Positions 23,590-35,336 of a stretch of 64,000 bases of DNA are shown piece by piece. The position numbers and the translations under genes were made by a program. The stretch comes from Phyllobates terribilis (Eukaryota): NCBI RefSeq assembly GCF_046119375.1, contig NW_027362764.1, positions 457,002,001 to 457,066,000 of the forward strand. The letters are read 5' to 3'. Positions within the stretch are counted from its first letter, which is position 1; the number at the start of each line of letters is the position of its first letter. The notes beneath the pieces were generated by a model that saw nothing but the letters and a program-made list of their open reading frames with translations, ran no database searches and had not been told where the DNA came from.

Positions 23590-25376
23590 CAGTTGGTGTT
23601 GCATCATGGTCAGCCTGGTGATATGGTGGTAGAAGATGAGGAGAAGGAGGAGGGCGGCATAAAATATAACAATTCCTGAAGGGTATACTCATGTCTGGGT
23701 GTGAAGGGGTGCATGGGAAAAGACCCTCCAAAAAATAACCACTGGATTTGAGTTTATGTTTGATGCTATCATCTGGTGGTGTTGAGAAGTCTGGCCCAAT
23801 CCAGCCCTTGTTCATTTTTATAAGAGTCAGGCTGTCAGCATTTTCAGTTGACAGGCGGATGTGACTATCAGTTTTTACAGTTATAATGCCCCCAGCGGCA
23901 CTAAAAACCATCTCTGACAAAACACTAGCGGCCAGGACCTCCAAGGCATAGAGAGACAGTTCATGCCACATGTCCAGCGTGGATATCCAACAGTTGTAAG
24001 GCACAGAGACAGAGAGGAATCATGGAGGACGCTGGTATGGTCGCCAAGGTAGTCCTTCAGCATCTTCCAAAACTTTTAACTACTTGTCAGAGTACCCCGT
24101 GTATCAGGGCCTGGGCACTGGGAGGGTCTGAGAAAACTGTCCCAGACCTTTGACAGCATTCTCTTGCCTCTGACGCATCTGGTTTGTGTCTCCCTCGCTT
24201 TTACTCCTTGGTTATCCAATGAACTGTCTGACTGTGACCTTTGCCACCAGCGTTGTCAAATGGGAATTTTTTTTTGTTGTTGTTATAATTCTTCAACATG
24301 AGCCTGAACTTAATATCTCCAAAAATGAACTCCTTCCTTCTCCCCCTCTACTAACCTACCTATACCTGACTTTGCAATTTCCTTTAGGTGGTGCAACCAT
24401 AACTCCCACTCGGCACGCCTGCTGTCTTGGAGTAATATTTGACACACAACTTTCCTTAATTCAACGTGGAAAATCACTCACTCGCTCATGTCACCTACAC
24501 CTTAAAAACTTCTCCAGAATTCAACCTTTTCTCACCTTTGATACTGCAAAAACTCTTACTGTCGCTCTTATTCATTACTGCAACTCTCTTCTAATCGGTC
24601 TCCCTCTAAACAAACTGTCTCCTCTCCAATCCCTTCTGAATGTAGCAGCCAGGGTCGTATTTCTATCAAGCCACTTTACCGGCGCCTGTACCCTGTGCCA
24701 GTCATTGCACTGGTTAGGTTAAACAATCAATCACTACAGAATACAACAAGCTCTCCACAGTTCTGCACCACCTTATATCTCATCCCTCATTTCTGTGTAT
24801 CACCCCTCCCATGCCCTCCGTTCTGCAAGTGATCTAAGAGTGACATTCTCCTTAATCAGAACCTCACACCTCCTTCTCCAAGAATTCTCTCGTGCCGTGC
24901 CAGTTTTCTGGAATGCTCAAAATGCATACAAAGTGGTGGTCATGATAAAGGCAGGGGAACATAAAGTCGGCCATGTGTGCCAGACTGCCAACAGCCAAGA
25001 CTTCCCTGTTCTCACCAAGAGGATGACTGTCCATGTTCTCTTCCTCCCCCTCCTCATTATCACCCAATCCGCATTGACATGAGATGAGGCTGGGCTGAGT
25101 AGCATCACCCTGTATAGTTCCTTGCTCTGTCTGCAATGCCTCCTATTTAATTGTGAGCAGCGAACATTTCAGTAGACAGAGAAGTGGGATGGTGATGCTA
25201 ATTATGGCGTCATCGCCGCTCACCATCTTGGTGGAGTCCTCAAAGTTTTGGAGGACGGCACAGATGTCAGACAACCATGCCCACTCATCAGCTCTTATGT
25301 GCGGAGGCTGACCTGAATGCAGACGGACGTGTTGAAGCTGGTACTCAACAACTGCTCTGCTGCAAAAATGCATCAA
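23590..25376 (-). pseudogene. hAT transposase C-terminal half, interrupted by an L2 fragment
   Basis: FEDSTKMVSGDDAIISITIP; WHELSLYALEVLAASVLSE..LTLIKMNKGWI. Confidence 0.8.
24310..24915 (+). mobile_element. L2-clade LINE ORF2 C-terminal fragment
   Basis: LGVIFD..LS..HL.N..RI.PFLT..AKTL..AL..YCNSLLIGLP..LQSLLNVAAR..LHW. Confidence 0.85.
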
Positions 25377-26399
25377 AAACGCTACGTGTGAACATAGCCC
25401 AAGGTGTGGAGGTGCATTTTTGTTTTAGGTTATTTATTTTGCCTTATATACAAGTCATTACCCTGCAAAGGATGTTCCTTAACATATTTTCCAGGAAAAT
25501 CCATTTTGATTTAGTTTTTGTATGTTGTATTGAGTCTGCAAAAGTGGCGTAATACTCTGACAACATTGTTGACAGCAGTGACCTAGGAGAGATGACATTT
25601 AAATGTATTTTTCACCATTGAAAGCAATGCAAAAGTGCAAAAACGCATCAAAAACGCTACGTGTGAACATAACCCAAGGCGTGGAGAAGCATTTTTGTTT
25701 TTGGTTATTTATTTTACCTTATATACAAGTCAATACCCTGGAAAGTATGTTCCTTTACAGCAGTGACCTGGGAGTCAGAGATGCTTCCAGGTGTCTTCCC
25801 CATGCTGTTCCCATGTCATTTGAGCACTGTTCTCATCGATTTTGGCAATTTTTAGGCCCTCTGTAGACCTCCAGGGGGGCCGCCGGAAAAATGCCCGAGT
25901 TTCCCATAGACTTACATTGGGCTCGTTGCTCGGATCGAGCACTCGAGCATTCCAATTTGCTTGACTCGAGCAACAAGTACCAAAGCATTTTAGTGCTCAC
26001 TCATCACTAGTTGTAATGAATAGTGAGCAGTACCGAGCATGCTTGCTCATCACTAATTCTTTCCTGCATAATGACTTGTATGTAAGGCAAAATAAAAAAG
26101 AGAAAAAACAGCCTACTCCACCCCATTAGACTATGTTCACACGTAGTGTTTTTGCTGCATTTTTGCACTTTTTCATTGCTTTCAGTGGTGAAAGCAATAA
26201 AAACTGTAGGTTTTTCATTGCTAGTGATGTCATCACACCCGTTGCACTGAGACATCAGATGCCAAGGAAGAATCATCAAGGAGGAAGAGTCAGCTGATGC
26301 TCCCTCTTTTATCATTACTTTCAACTGTATCAGCATCCAGGATGCTGATACAGTTGAACATTTGAACTTGCGGTGACTGGTGAGGAAGAATAAAGCTGC

Positions 26400-29300
26400 C
26401 TTATCTATTTTACTACACGCGGAATGACTGAAAAAAATATAAACAAAATTCTGGATTGCTGGTTGTTGTTCATGCTGCTTCCCAAAAAACAGAATAGAAA
26501 GCGATCAAAAATTGTCATGTGGCCACAAAAAATAAGCCCTCACATCACTCTGTCAGCCAAAATATGAAAAAATTATAGCTCTTAAAATATGGCAATGCAA
26601 AAACTAGTTTGGCAATAAAAAGCGTAGTTTAAAAAGCAGCCAAACATAAAAACCCGCTATCAATCTGGAATTGCTTTAATCACCCCAACACGAAGAATAA
26701 AGTCATCATATCACTTATACTGCACAAGGAACAGTGTAAAAATAAATAAAACCAATTCTTCACCTGCTGTTGATTTGTTCATTCTGCCTCACAAAGATCA
26801 CAGTAAGGCTTGGCTCACATTTATTCTGCGCTCTGCTCTTACACCTGGGTTTCCATGTATAACTGTAAAATAAGTGATTCAGACAAAACCCCCGGCAGAA
26901 GATTCCCTATAATGAGGCAGATGGAGGCACTGTGGATGCCGCCTGGCCTATGATCTGTCAGCATCCATCTTTTTATTAGGTGTGCTTAAAAGAGGCGTCG
27001 CCCACAGTTTTGTGCACTTCTGAAAAGGGCAACGCTGAACAAAGGCCAGACGGAGTCCAGGGTAACTCTTCTGCCTTATTATAGTGAATGGATCCCTAGG
27101 GGGTTCATCTGAATCATGTCAGTTGGAAATTTAGTTGGAAACCCCAATATAAGTGCTCAGTGTAAAGAGCAGGATAATTGTGATCCAAAATGTTATGTAA
27201 AATATTCTCAACAAAAGCTTCAAAAGCAAAGAAAGCAAGTCCCCACTCAGTCCGTCATCTGTTATCGGAAATATTGGGGATTCCACATTACTGTTAGCAC
27301 AAAGGCTCTGGAAAAGCGCCACGGCTCATCACAGTCCAAAAGAAATTGAGCAAATTCTACACTCCCAAATCCAAATGCCCCCTCCCTTCTGAGCTCCAGT
27401 GTGTGTCTAAACCACCGTTAGCATCCACATGTTTGGCATTTCTGTAGCGATGAGAGCCTGCCTAACTTACAGGTGTGTGTCTCCAGAAACACGAGCTGGG
27501 TACAAGGTACTGGTCACTACAACTTACTGGTCACTACAATGGCAGTTTGTAATTTTCACTCAGCAACATTCGCTGCTGCTTGCTTCTGGAAAAGACCCAT
27601 GGAGTCAAACTTCTCACTACACCTGTAGATAAATTCCCAAAGGGGTATAATTTTAGCACTTAGGGGCTCTGTATATGGAGTCCACATAATATTCTAGAAA
27701 AATCTGCGCTCCATGAGTCAAATAGCGCTCCATCCCTCCTGAGTCTTGCTGTATGGATAAGCAGTACTGTACAGCCACATATGGGGTATTTCTACATTCA
27801 GCAGAAATTGTGGTATACATTTTGGTACCATTTTTACCCTTTTCCCAGGGTGAAAATGTAAAATCTGGCTAAAACTAAATTTTGATGGTAAAAATGTAAT
27901 TACTTTTTCTTCACCTCCCAATAGTATAAAATTTTGTGATCCACAAGTGGTGTCATTATGCTCACTGCACCCCTAGATTAATTCATTGAGAGGTGTAGTT
28001 TGTAAAATGGGGTCTTTTATAGGGGGTCTGCCATTATGGCACCTCAGGGGCTCTGCCAATGTGATGTGGCACCCTCAAACGAGTCCAGCAAAATTTGAAC
28101 TTCAGTATGGGGTTTCTTCTGAGCTTTGCACTGGGCATCAAAAGTAGTTTTCGATCACATATGGGGTATCAGCGTATGTAGGAAAAATTGTACAACAGAT
28201 TTTGGGGTCCATTTTCTCCTGCTATCCTTGTGAAAATGAAAAAAATTGGGGCTAAAAAAAACATTGCGGGAAAAATATATTTTTCTTCATTTTTACAGAT
28301 CCATGTTGTAAAATTCTGTGAATCACCTCTCCATATGCAACATGGCATCCACTAATTATTCAAGCAAATTTTACATTCAAAAAGTCAAATGTCACTCCTT
28401 CCCTTCTAAGCCCTGCTGTGCGCCAAAACAGTGGTTTTCCCCCACGTATGGGGTATCGGCTTACTCAGGAGAAATTGCACAACAAATGGTATGGTGCAAT
28501 TTCTTCTGTTAACATTATGAAAATGCAAAATTTGGTGTTGAAAAGCATTTTTGTGTGAAAAATGTGAAAATTTTATTTTTACTGCTCAGTGTTATTAACT
28601 TCTGTGAAGCACTTATGGGTTCAAGGTGCTCACCACACATCTAAATAAATTCCTTGAGGGGTCTAGTCTCCAAAGTGATGTAATTTGTCAGGGGTTTCCA
28701 CTCTTTAGGCACATCAGGGGCTCTCCATATGCGACATGGCATTCGCAAATTATTCAAGCAAATTTTACAATCAAAAAATCAAATGGCGCTCTTTCCCTTC
28801 TGAGCTATGCCGTGCACCAAAATAGTGGTTTTCCCCCACATATTGGGTATTGGCATGCACAGGAGAAATTGCACAAAAAAATTTGGGTCCATTTTTTCCT
28901 GTTATCTTTACAAAAATAAAATTTGGGTCTAAATTACATTTTTTTGTGAAAAAAGTTAAATGTTCATTGTTTTCTTCCACGTTCCAAAAATTCCTGCGAA
29001 GCACCTGAAGGGTTAATAAACTTCTTGACTGTGGTTTTGAGCACTTTGAGGGGTGCAATTTTTAGAATGGTGTCACATTTGGGTATTTTCTGTCATAAAG
29101 GGACCTCAAAGTCACTTCAAATGTGAGGTGGTCCCTAAAAACATGGTTTTGTAAATTTTGTTGGAAAAAGGGTCAACTTTTAACCCTTATAACTTCCTAA
29201 CAAAACAAAAAATTTTGGTTCCAAAATTGTGCTGATTTAAATCTCTCTGATTTAAGGGCATGAAAATTCAAACTTGGAAAATTGCAAAATTTTCCAAATT

Positions 29301-29516
29301 TTCGTCAAATCTCTGATTTTTGCAGAAATAAACGCCAGTCATAACAAATAAATTTTACCACTATCTTGAAGTCCAATATGTCACAAAAAATGCTTCTCAG
29401 AATCAGTGGGATTCATTGAAGCATTCCAGATTTTTTCTCTCTTAAAGTGACACTGGTCTGAATAGTAGAAATTGGCTTGGTCATTAACGTGCAAACAGCC
29501 TTCGGAGATAAAGGCG
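26400..29516. mobile_element. Large non-autonomous piggyBac-type element with internal tandem repeats (left part truncated)
   Basis: Degenerate right end aaggcg|ttaa; reverse-complement similarity to 35337-38098. Confidence 0.65.
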
Positions 29517-29750
29517 TTAATTACACAGTGTCTTCTTGGCATCCTCTCTAGTTATGTATGGCGCCATCCCTTATTGTATAACGTCCTATGTTGTTATGTA
29601 CAGTGCCGACCGGTTATTACATAGTATCATCTCTTGTTAGCTATGGCGCCATCCCTTATTATATAGCATTGTATGTTGTTATGTAAAGTGCTGTCCCATT
29701 ATTACAAATGCATCATCTTTTTTAATGTATAGCACCATTCCTTACAATGC

Positions 29751-30197
29751 TGTGGCAAAGCGGCTTGTTCAGTTGTACACGGAGGTAGGCACGGAACATT
29801 GTCTCTATAAGTTTTGGGTTGGTTTATTAAAATGTTAAAAACCAACCTAGATTTTGTAAAATAAACACAGCCCATTCGTCATAATGGCAAAACAAAATAC
29901 AAAGATGCAGCACAGTCATACATCGGCCGGGGTCCATCCAGTCAGGGTTAAATACACATGGTTCAGCTCACCACATGCAAGCTCTCTCTGGAGCAAGCCT
30001 CTCCTGATACTGACCACCACCTTAGGGAAAAGGCTGGCTATTTAAAGCCAAGACCACACCCTGGGGTGGAGATATGGAGAACAACCTCCCGTCTGCTCTA
30101 TGGTTGTTCTCATAAAACACTCCCTTTAAATATGCCTGATTTACCCTCTCTGCAACTTCCATGTTTCACATCACTGAAGCTAATAGACTTTGTCACA
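29751..30197 (-). mobile_element. Solo LTR (447 bp) with 4-bp TSD ATGC
   Basis: atgc|tgtggcaaag ... ctttgtcaca|atgc; TG..CA ends with 10-bp terminal inverted repeat; AATAAA on the minus strand. Confidence 0.85.
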
Positions 30198-30519
30198 ATG
30201 CATATTCTCATTCCTTTTGATATTCACAGTGCACTATCTGTATTAAAAAGTACTCTTTTGTTAGATATACTGTAAAATGACAGGTGATGGAAGAACAGCA
30301 TCTGACAGGAAGACCAGTCCATCAGACTCCTCTATTAGAAAATAATCTTTTCCATGCTCCATAAACAATAATTTAATTTTATATCTAACAAGAGAGGACG
30401 CTATGAATTAAAGACAATGCATTATAAATAACAAGTGAATACAATATGTAAGGGACAGTGCTGTACATAAGAGAGGACACTATGTAATAAGTAATGGTAA
30501 TATATAATAAGAGAGCTTG

Positions 30520-33491
30520 TTCACTATCATTAGGAATGGCCAGGTGATGCAAATTTCCCAGCTTTATAAAAACCCAGCCTCCTCTAACCTTGTGCCAAAA
30601 AACAGCAGCCATGGGTTCTTCTAAGCAGCTGCCTAGAACTCTGAAAATGAAAATTGTGGAGGCCCACAAACTAAGAGAAGGCTATAAAAAGATAGCAAAG
30701 CGTTTTCAAGTTGCCCTTTCCTCAGTTTGAAAAATAAATAAGAAATGGCAGTTACCAGGAACAGTGGAGGTCAAGATAATGTCTGGAAGACCAAGCAAAA
30801 TTTCAATGAGAGATGCTCATAGGATTGATAGAGAGTCAAATCAGAACCCTCGCTTGACTGCAAAAGGCCTTCAGAAAGATTTAGCAGACTCTGGAGTTGT
30901 AGTACATTATTTTACTCTTCAGAGACACCTGTACAAATATGACCTTCATGGAAGAGTCATCAGAAGAAAACCTCTCCTGTGTCCTCACCATGAAATTCAG
31001 AATCAGAAGTTTGCAAAAGAACATCTAAACAAACCTGGTGCATTTTGGAAACAAGTCATGTGGATAGATAAGGTTAAAATAGAACTCTTTGGCCACAATG
31101 ATCAAAGGTATGTGTGGAGAACAAAGGGCACAGAATTTCAGGAAAAGAACATCTTGCCAACCATTAAGCATGGGGGTGGATCAATCATGCTTTGGGGTTG
31201 AGTTGTAGCCAATGGCACGGGGAACATTTCATGGATAGAGGGAAGAATGGATCCAATGAAATTTCAACAAATTCTTGATGCAAACATAACACCATCTGTA
31301 AAAAAGCAGAAGTTAAAAAAAGGGTGGCTTCTGCAAATTGAAAATAATCCTAAACACATGTCAAAATCCACAATTGACTTCCTCAAAAGGCTCAGGCTGA
31401 AGGTTTTACCTCACAGTCCTCTGAGCTCAACATCATTGAAAATCTGTGGCTAGACCTCAAAATAGTAGTGCATGAAAGACAAACCAGGAATCTCACAGAA
31501 CTAAAAGAATTTTCCAAGGAAGAATGGATGAAAATCTCTCAAACAAGAATTGAAAGACTCTTGGCTGGCTACAAAAAGCGTTTACAAGCTGTGATACTTT
31601 CAAAAGGGAGTGCTACTAGGTACTAACCATGCAGGGTGCCCAAACTTTAGCATCAGCCTATTTTCCTATTTGTAATTTTTCAAATGTAAAAGATGAAAAT
31701 AGATATACACTACAGACCAAAAGTTTAGACACACCTTCTCATTTAAAGATTTTTCTGTATTTTCATGACTATGAAAATTGTACATTCACACTGAAGGCAT
31801 CAAAACTATTAATTAACACATGTGGAATTATATACTTAACAAAAAAGTGTGAAAGAACTGAAAATATGTATTATATTCTAGGTTTTTCAAAGTAGCCACC
31901 TTTTGCTTTGATGACTGCTTTGCACACTCTTGGCATTCTCTTGATGAGCTTCAAGAGGTAGTCACCGGAAATGGTCTTCCAACAATCTTGAAGGAGTTCC
32001 CAGAGATGCTTAGCACTTGTTGGCCCTTTTGCCTTCACTCTGCGGTCCAGCTCACCCCAAACCATCTCGATTGGGTTCACGTCTGGTGACTGTGGAGGCC
32101 AGGTCATTTGGCGTAGCACCCCATCACTCTCCTTCTTGATTGGTTAAATAGCCCTTACACAGCCTGGAGGTGTGTTTGGGGTCATTGTCCTGTTGAAAAA
32201 TTAATGATGGTCCAACTAAACGCAAACCGGATGGAATAGCATGCCGCTGCAAGATGCTGTGGTAGCCATGCTGGTTCAGTATGCCTTCAATTTTGAATAA
32301 ATCCCCAACAGTGTCACCAGCAAAGCACCCCCACACCATCACACCTCCTCCTCCATGCTTCACGGTGGGAACCAGGCATGGAGAGTCCATCCGTTCACCT
32401 TTTCTGCGTCGCACAAAGACACGGTGGTTGGAACCAAAGATCTCAAATTTGGACTCATCAGACCAAAGCACAGATTTCCACTGGTCTAATGTCCATTCCT
32501 TGTGTTCTTTAGCACAAACAAGTCTCTTCTGCTTGTTGCCTGTCCTTAGCAGTAGTTTCCGAACAGCTATTTTACCATGAAGGCCTGCTGCACAAAGTCT
32601 CCTCTTAACAGTTGTTGTAGAGATGTGTCTGCTGCTAGAACTCTGTGTGGCATTGACCTGGTCTCTAATCTGAGCTGCTGTTAACCTGCGATTTCTCAGG
32701 CTGGTGACTCGGATAAACTTATCCTCAGAAGCAGAGGTGACTCTTGGTCTTCCATTCCTGGGGCGGTCCTCAAGTGAGCCAGTTTCTTTGTAGCGCTTGA
32801 TGGTTTTTGCAATTGCACTTGGGGACACTTTCAAAGTTTTCCCAATTTTTCGGACTGACTGACCTTCATTTCTTAAAGTAATGATGGCCACTTGTTTTTC
32901 TTTACTTAGCTGATTTTTTTCTTGCCATAATACAAATTCTAATGGTCTATTCAGTAGGACTATCAGCTGTGTATCCACCTGACTTCTGCACAACACAATT
33001 GATGGTCCCAACCCCATTTATAAGGCAAGAAATCCCACTTATTAAACCTGACAGGGCACACCTGTGAAGTGAAAACCATTTCCGGTGACTACCTCTTGAA
33101 GCTCATCAAGAGAATGCCAAGAATGTGCAAAGCAGTCATCAAAGGAAAAGGTGGCTACTTTGAAGAACCTAGAATATAAAACTTATTTTCAGTTGTTTCA
33201 CACTCTTTTGTTAAGTATATAATTCCACATGTGTTAATTCATAGTTTTGATGCCTTCAGTGTGAATGTACAAGTTCTAAAGTCATGAAAATACAGAAAAA
33301 TCTTTAAATGAGAAGGTGTGTCCAAACTTTTGGTCTGTACTGTATATATTTATATTTTTTGCCTAAAATACCAAGGAAATGTGTCATCTTTAACTTTAGC
33401 CCTTTTAGAGATCATTTCATATTCAACTTGCTTAACTGTTCACAATAACAGTAATTTTGACCAAGGGTGCCCAAGTTTTTACATGCCATTG
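30520..33491 (+). mobile_element. Tc1 element A: degraded transposase 30611-31626; 3' IR split by Tc1 element B
   Basis: MGSSKQL..GRP..KHGGGSIMLWG..NPKH; right TIR gggtgcccaagtttttacatgccattg|ta at 33491. Confidence 0.85.
31708..33342 (-). mobile_element. Full-length Tc1 element B (1,635 bp; long IRs; DD34E transposase with 2 frameshifts)
   Basis: ta|cactacagaccaaaagttt ... aaacttttggtctgtactg|ta; WSDESKFE, QDNDPKH and SPDVNPIE motifs; probable true ATG at 32928. Confidence 0.93.
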
Positions 33492-33616
33492 TATATTAGA
33501 AAAGAGATTAGATTATTACATTAAATAGACAGACATTTAGGATTAAAATAAATGTTAGTTTTGAACCTTTTCTTTAATAAAATTCTTGTAAACTAAAGTA
33601 TGTAAACCTCTTGCAG

Positions 33617-33745
33617 GTTGGTGGATCAAGGAAGCTATTTGGTTAGCTTTTACATCCCAAATCTTGATCCTTCTGATTTTTTTAAAGTTCACTCAACTCA
33701 TGCAGTCTCCACTTGTACAAAGAAGTCTGTTTCCTTTAGGTGCAA
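33617..33745 (+). pseudogene. DIRS tyrosine-recombinase fragment
   Basis: WIKEAIWLAF..KVHSTHAVST resembles WIKKAICEAY..KAHSTRA in the full DIRS at 41923-42519. Confidence 0.55.
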
Positions 33746-34710
33746 TCAGTTCCCACATTTGACCTATCAAAACTATTAATATGGGCATACAGGTTCTAGA
33801 ATACTGAAAAAAGTCCTACCTCAGATGCCTTATTGCTGAGAAATCATTTTTTATCACTTTATATAAATGACCTTTTCGAGGCTATGTTGCCTGGAAGATA
33901 ACTCAGCCCCCAGAGCTTGTTTTACATGAAGTGGAAGATATCAGTGAGACAATTAACTAACACAGAACAGAAGAAATGAAATTTGTCTTCTTGCAAACAC
34001 ATTTTTTGCAGCTCTCTGAGCTCTGCTGTATTGTAACAATATTACAACCCTGTCTGTCTATTAGATGGAAGCTGAAGCTGAGAGGAACCTGCAGATATGT
34101 CAGGTATAATCACACACAGCTCTGCAGTAAGGTCAGGAGAGTAGAGAGCGGCCATTACACACTGGGAACTCCTCCTTTATGTAAAATAAGCTCTGGAGGC
34201 AGTTATCTTCCAGGCACTGTCCACCCTAGAGCCTGTAAGAGGTCATTTATATAAAGTGATAAAAGATTATTTATCAACAAGACATCTGATGTGAGACATA
34301 CAGGTATCACTCTCCTCAGCAGTCTATAACCTGCATGCCCATATTAATAGTTTAGATAGGTCAAATGTGTCGCAGAGTGCATCTTCTTACAGTCACCACT
34401 GTACTTACGAGAGCTTCAGTCAGCAAGATATCTTGAGTAAACAGTATTTACTTCATACTGGTTAAACATGAGATACAATTCAGTGTCACACAGTCCGTGT
34501 GCTGCTTACATAACACATTCAGGAAAGAAAGAAAACACAGGAAGTAAGAACAACCAACAATTGAGAGCTTTCCTCCCACCATACAGCAAGCATATAACTT
34601 TACACACTATCGCCATCTGCTGTCTGGTTAGTATAAAGTCCTCCTTTCACTTATAATAAGTTCTAATCTGTTGCATATGGCAGCAAAATGTGGTGACAGA
34701 TTCCCTTTAA
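33745..34710. mobile_element. T2/Kolobok-type fold-back MITE region
   Basis: Long imperfect palindrome at about 33745-34380; right end gtgacagattccct|ttaa at 34710. Confidence 0.6.
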
Positions 34711-35336
34711 ATCAGATTTGTAGTGCAATGCCTTGGAGCTCGCAGTTTGCCTTGATCAACCAGTTGAATTTGAGATAGCTTTTGGGTGGTCAATTTTGAC
34801 TTCTGCTTTGCAAGCGGACCCTCCTGATGGAGATATTTCTTGTTTATAATTATGCTGACAATAGTACTTAGAGAAAACAGTAAAGGGGTGGTCTGAAGTT
34901 AAAGATGATTTTAATCTTAAATGTCCATTGAAAGGGGTTCCTTGCCTCCAGTAATATACTTACCAGCTGCTGTATTCTTCTGTTATCAGCGCTGCTCTGC
35001 TCAGTCTTCTGCAGGTTACGACTTGCCAGATCGCTCCAGTGAATGCTAGGCAAGACTAAAGTCACTACTCAGTGTAAGGGTATGGGAGCCAGCCAGAATG
35101 AAGTCAGTATGAGGTTCTCACATATTTAGATTGAGAATTTGTGATGGTTACTTCTGACTTCCAACAAGTCAGAAGTAGCAGTCAAAAGATGGCGAAACGG
35201 GAACGGAGCGGCACCGGGAAGAGCTGAAGACAACGGCTGGTGAGAATAATAATAGGGGCAGGGAACTTATATTAGTAGCACCACTCCAGCGCTGAAATAA
35301 AAAAAAGCAACAAAAAACGCTGAAGTGATGTTTTAA

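Larger units (their letters stand above)
14000..26009 (+). mobile_element. Rearranged composite hAT element of a second family; extra TIRs at 13848 and 26055
   Basis: Left TIR tagtgatgagcga at 14000; right TIR ctcactcatcacta ending 26009; flanks gttctaac / gttgtaat (6/8 match); internal transposase fragments in both orientations. Confidence 0.5.

Noticed and set aside
26320-26358. Perfect 19-bp-arm palindrome
   Set aside because: Lies in MITE/piggyBac-type internal sequence where such hairpins are routine; no independent evidence of function.
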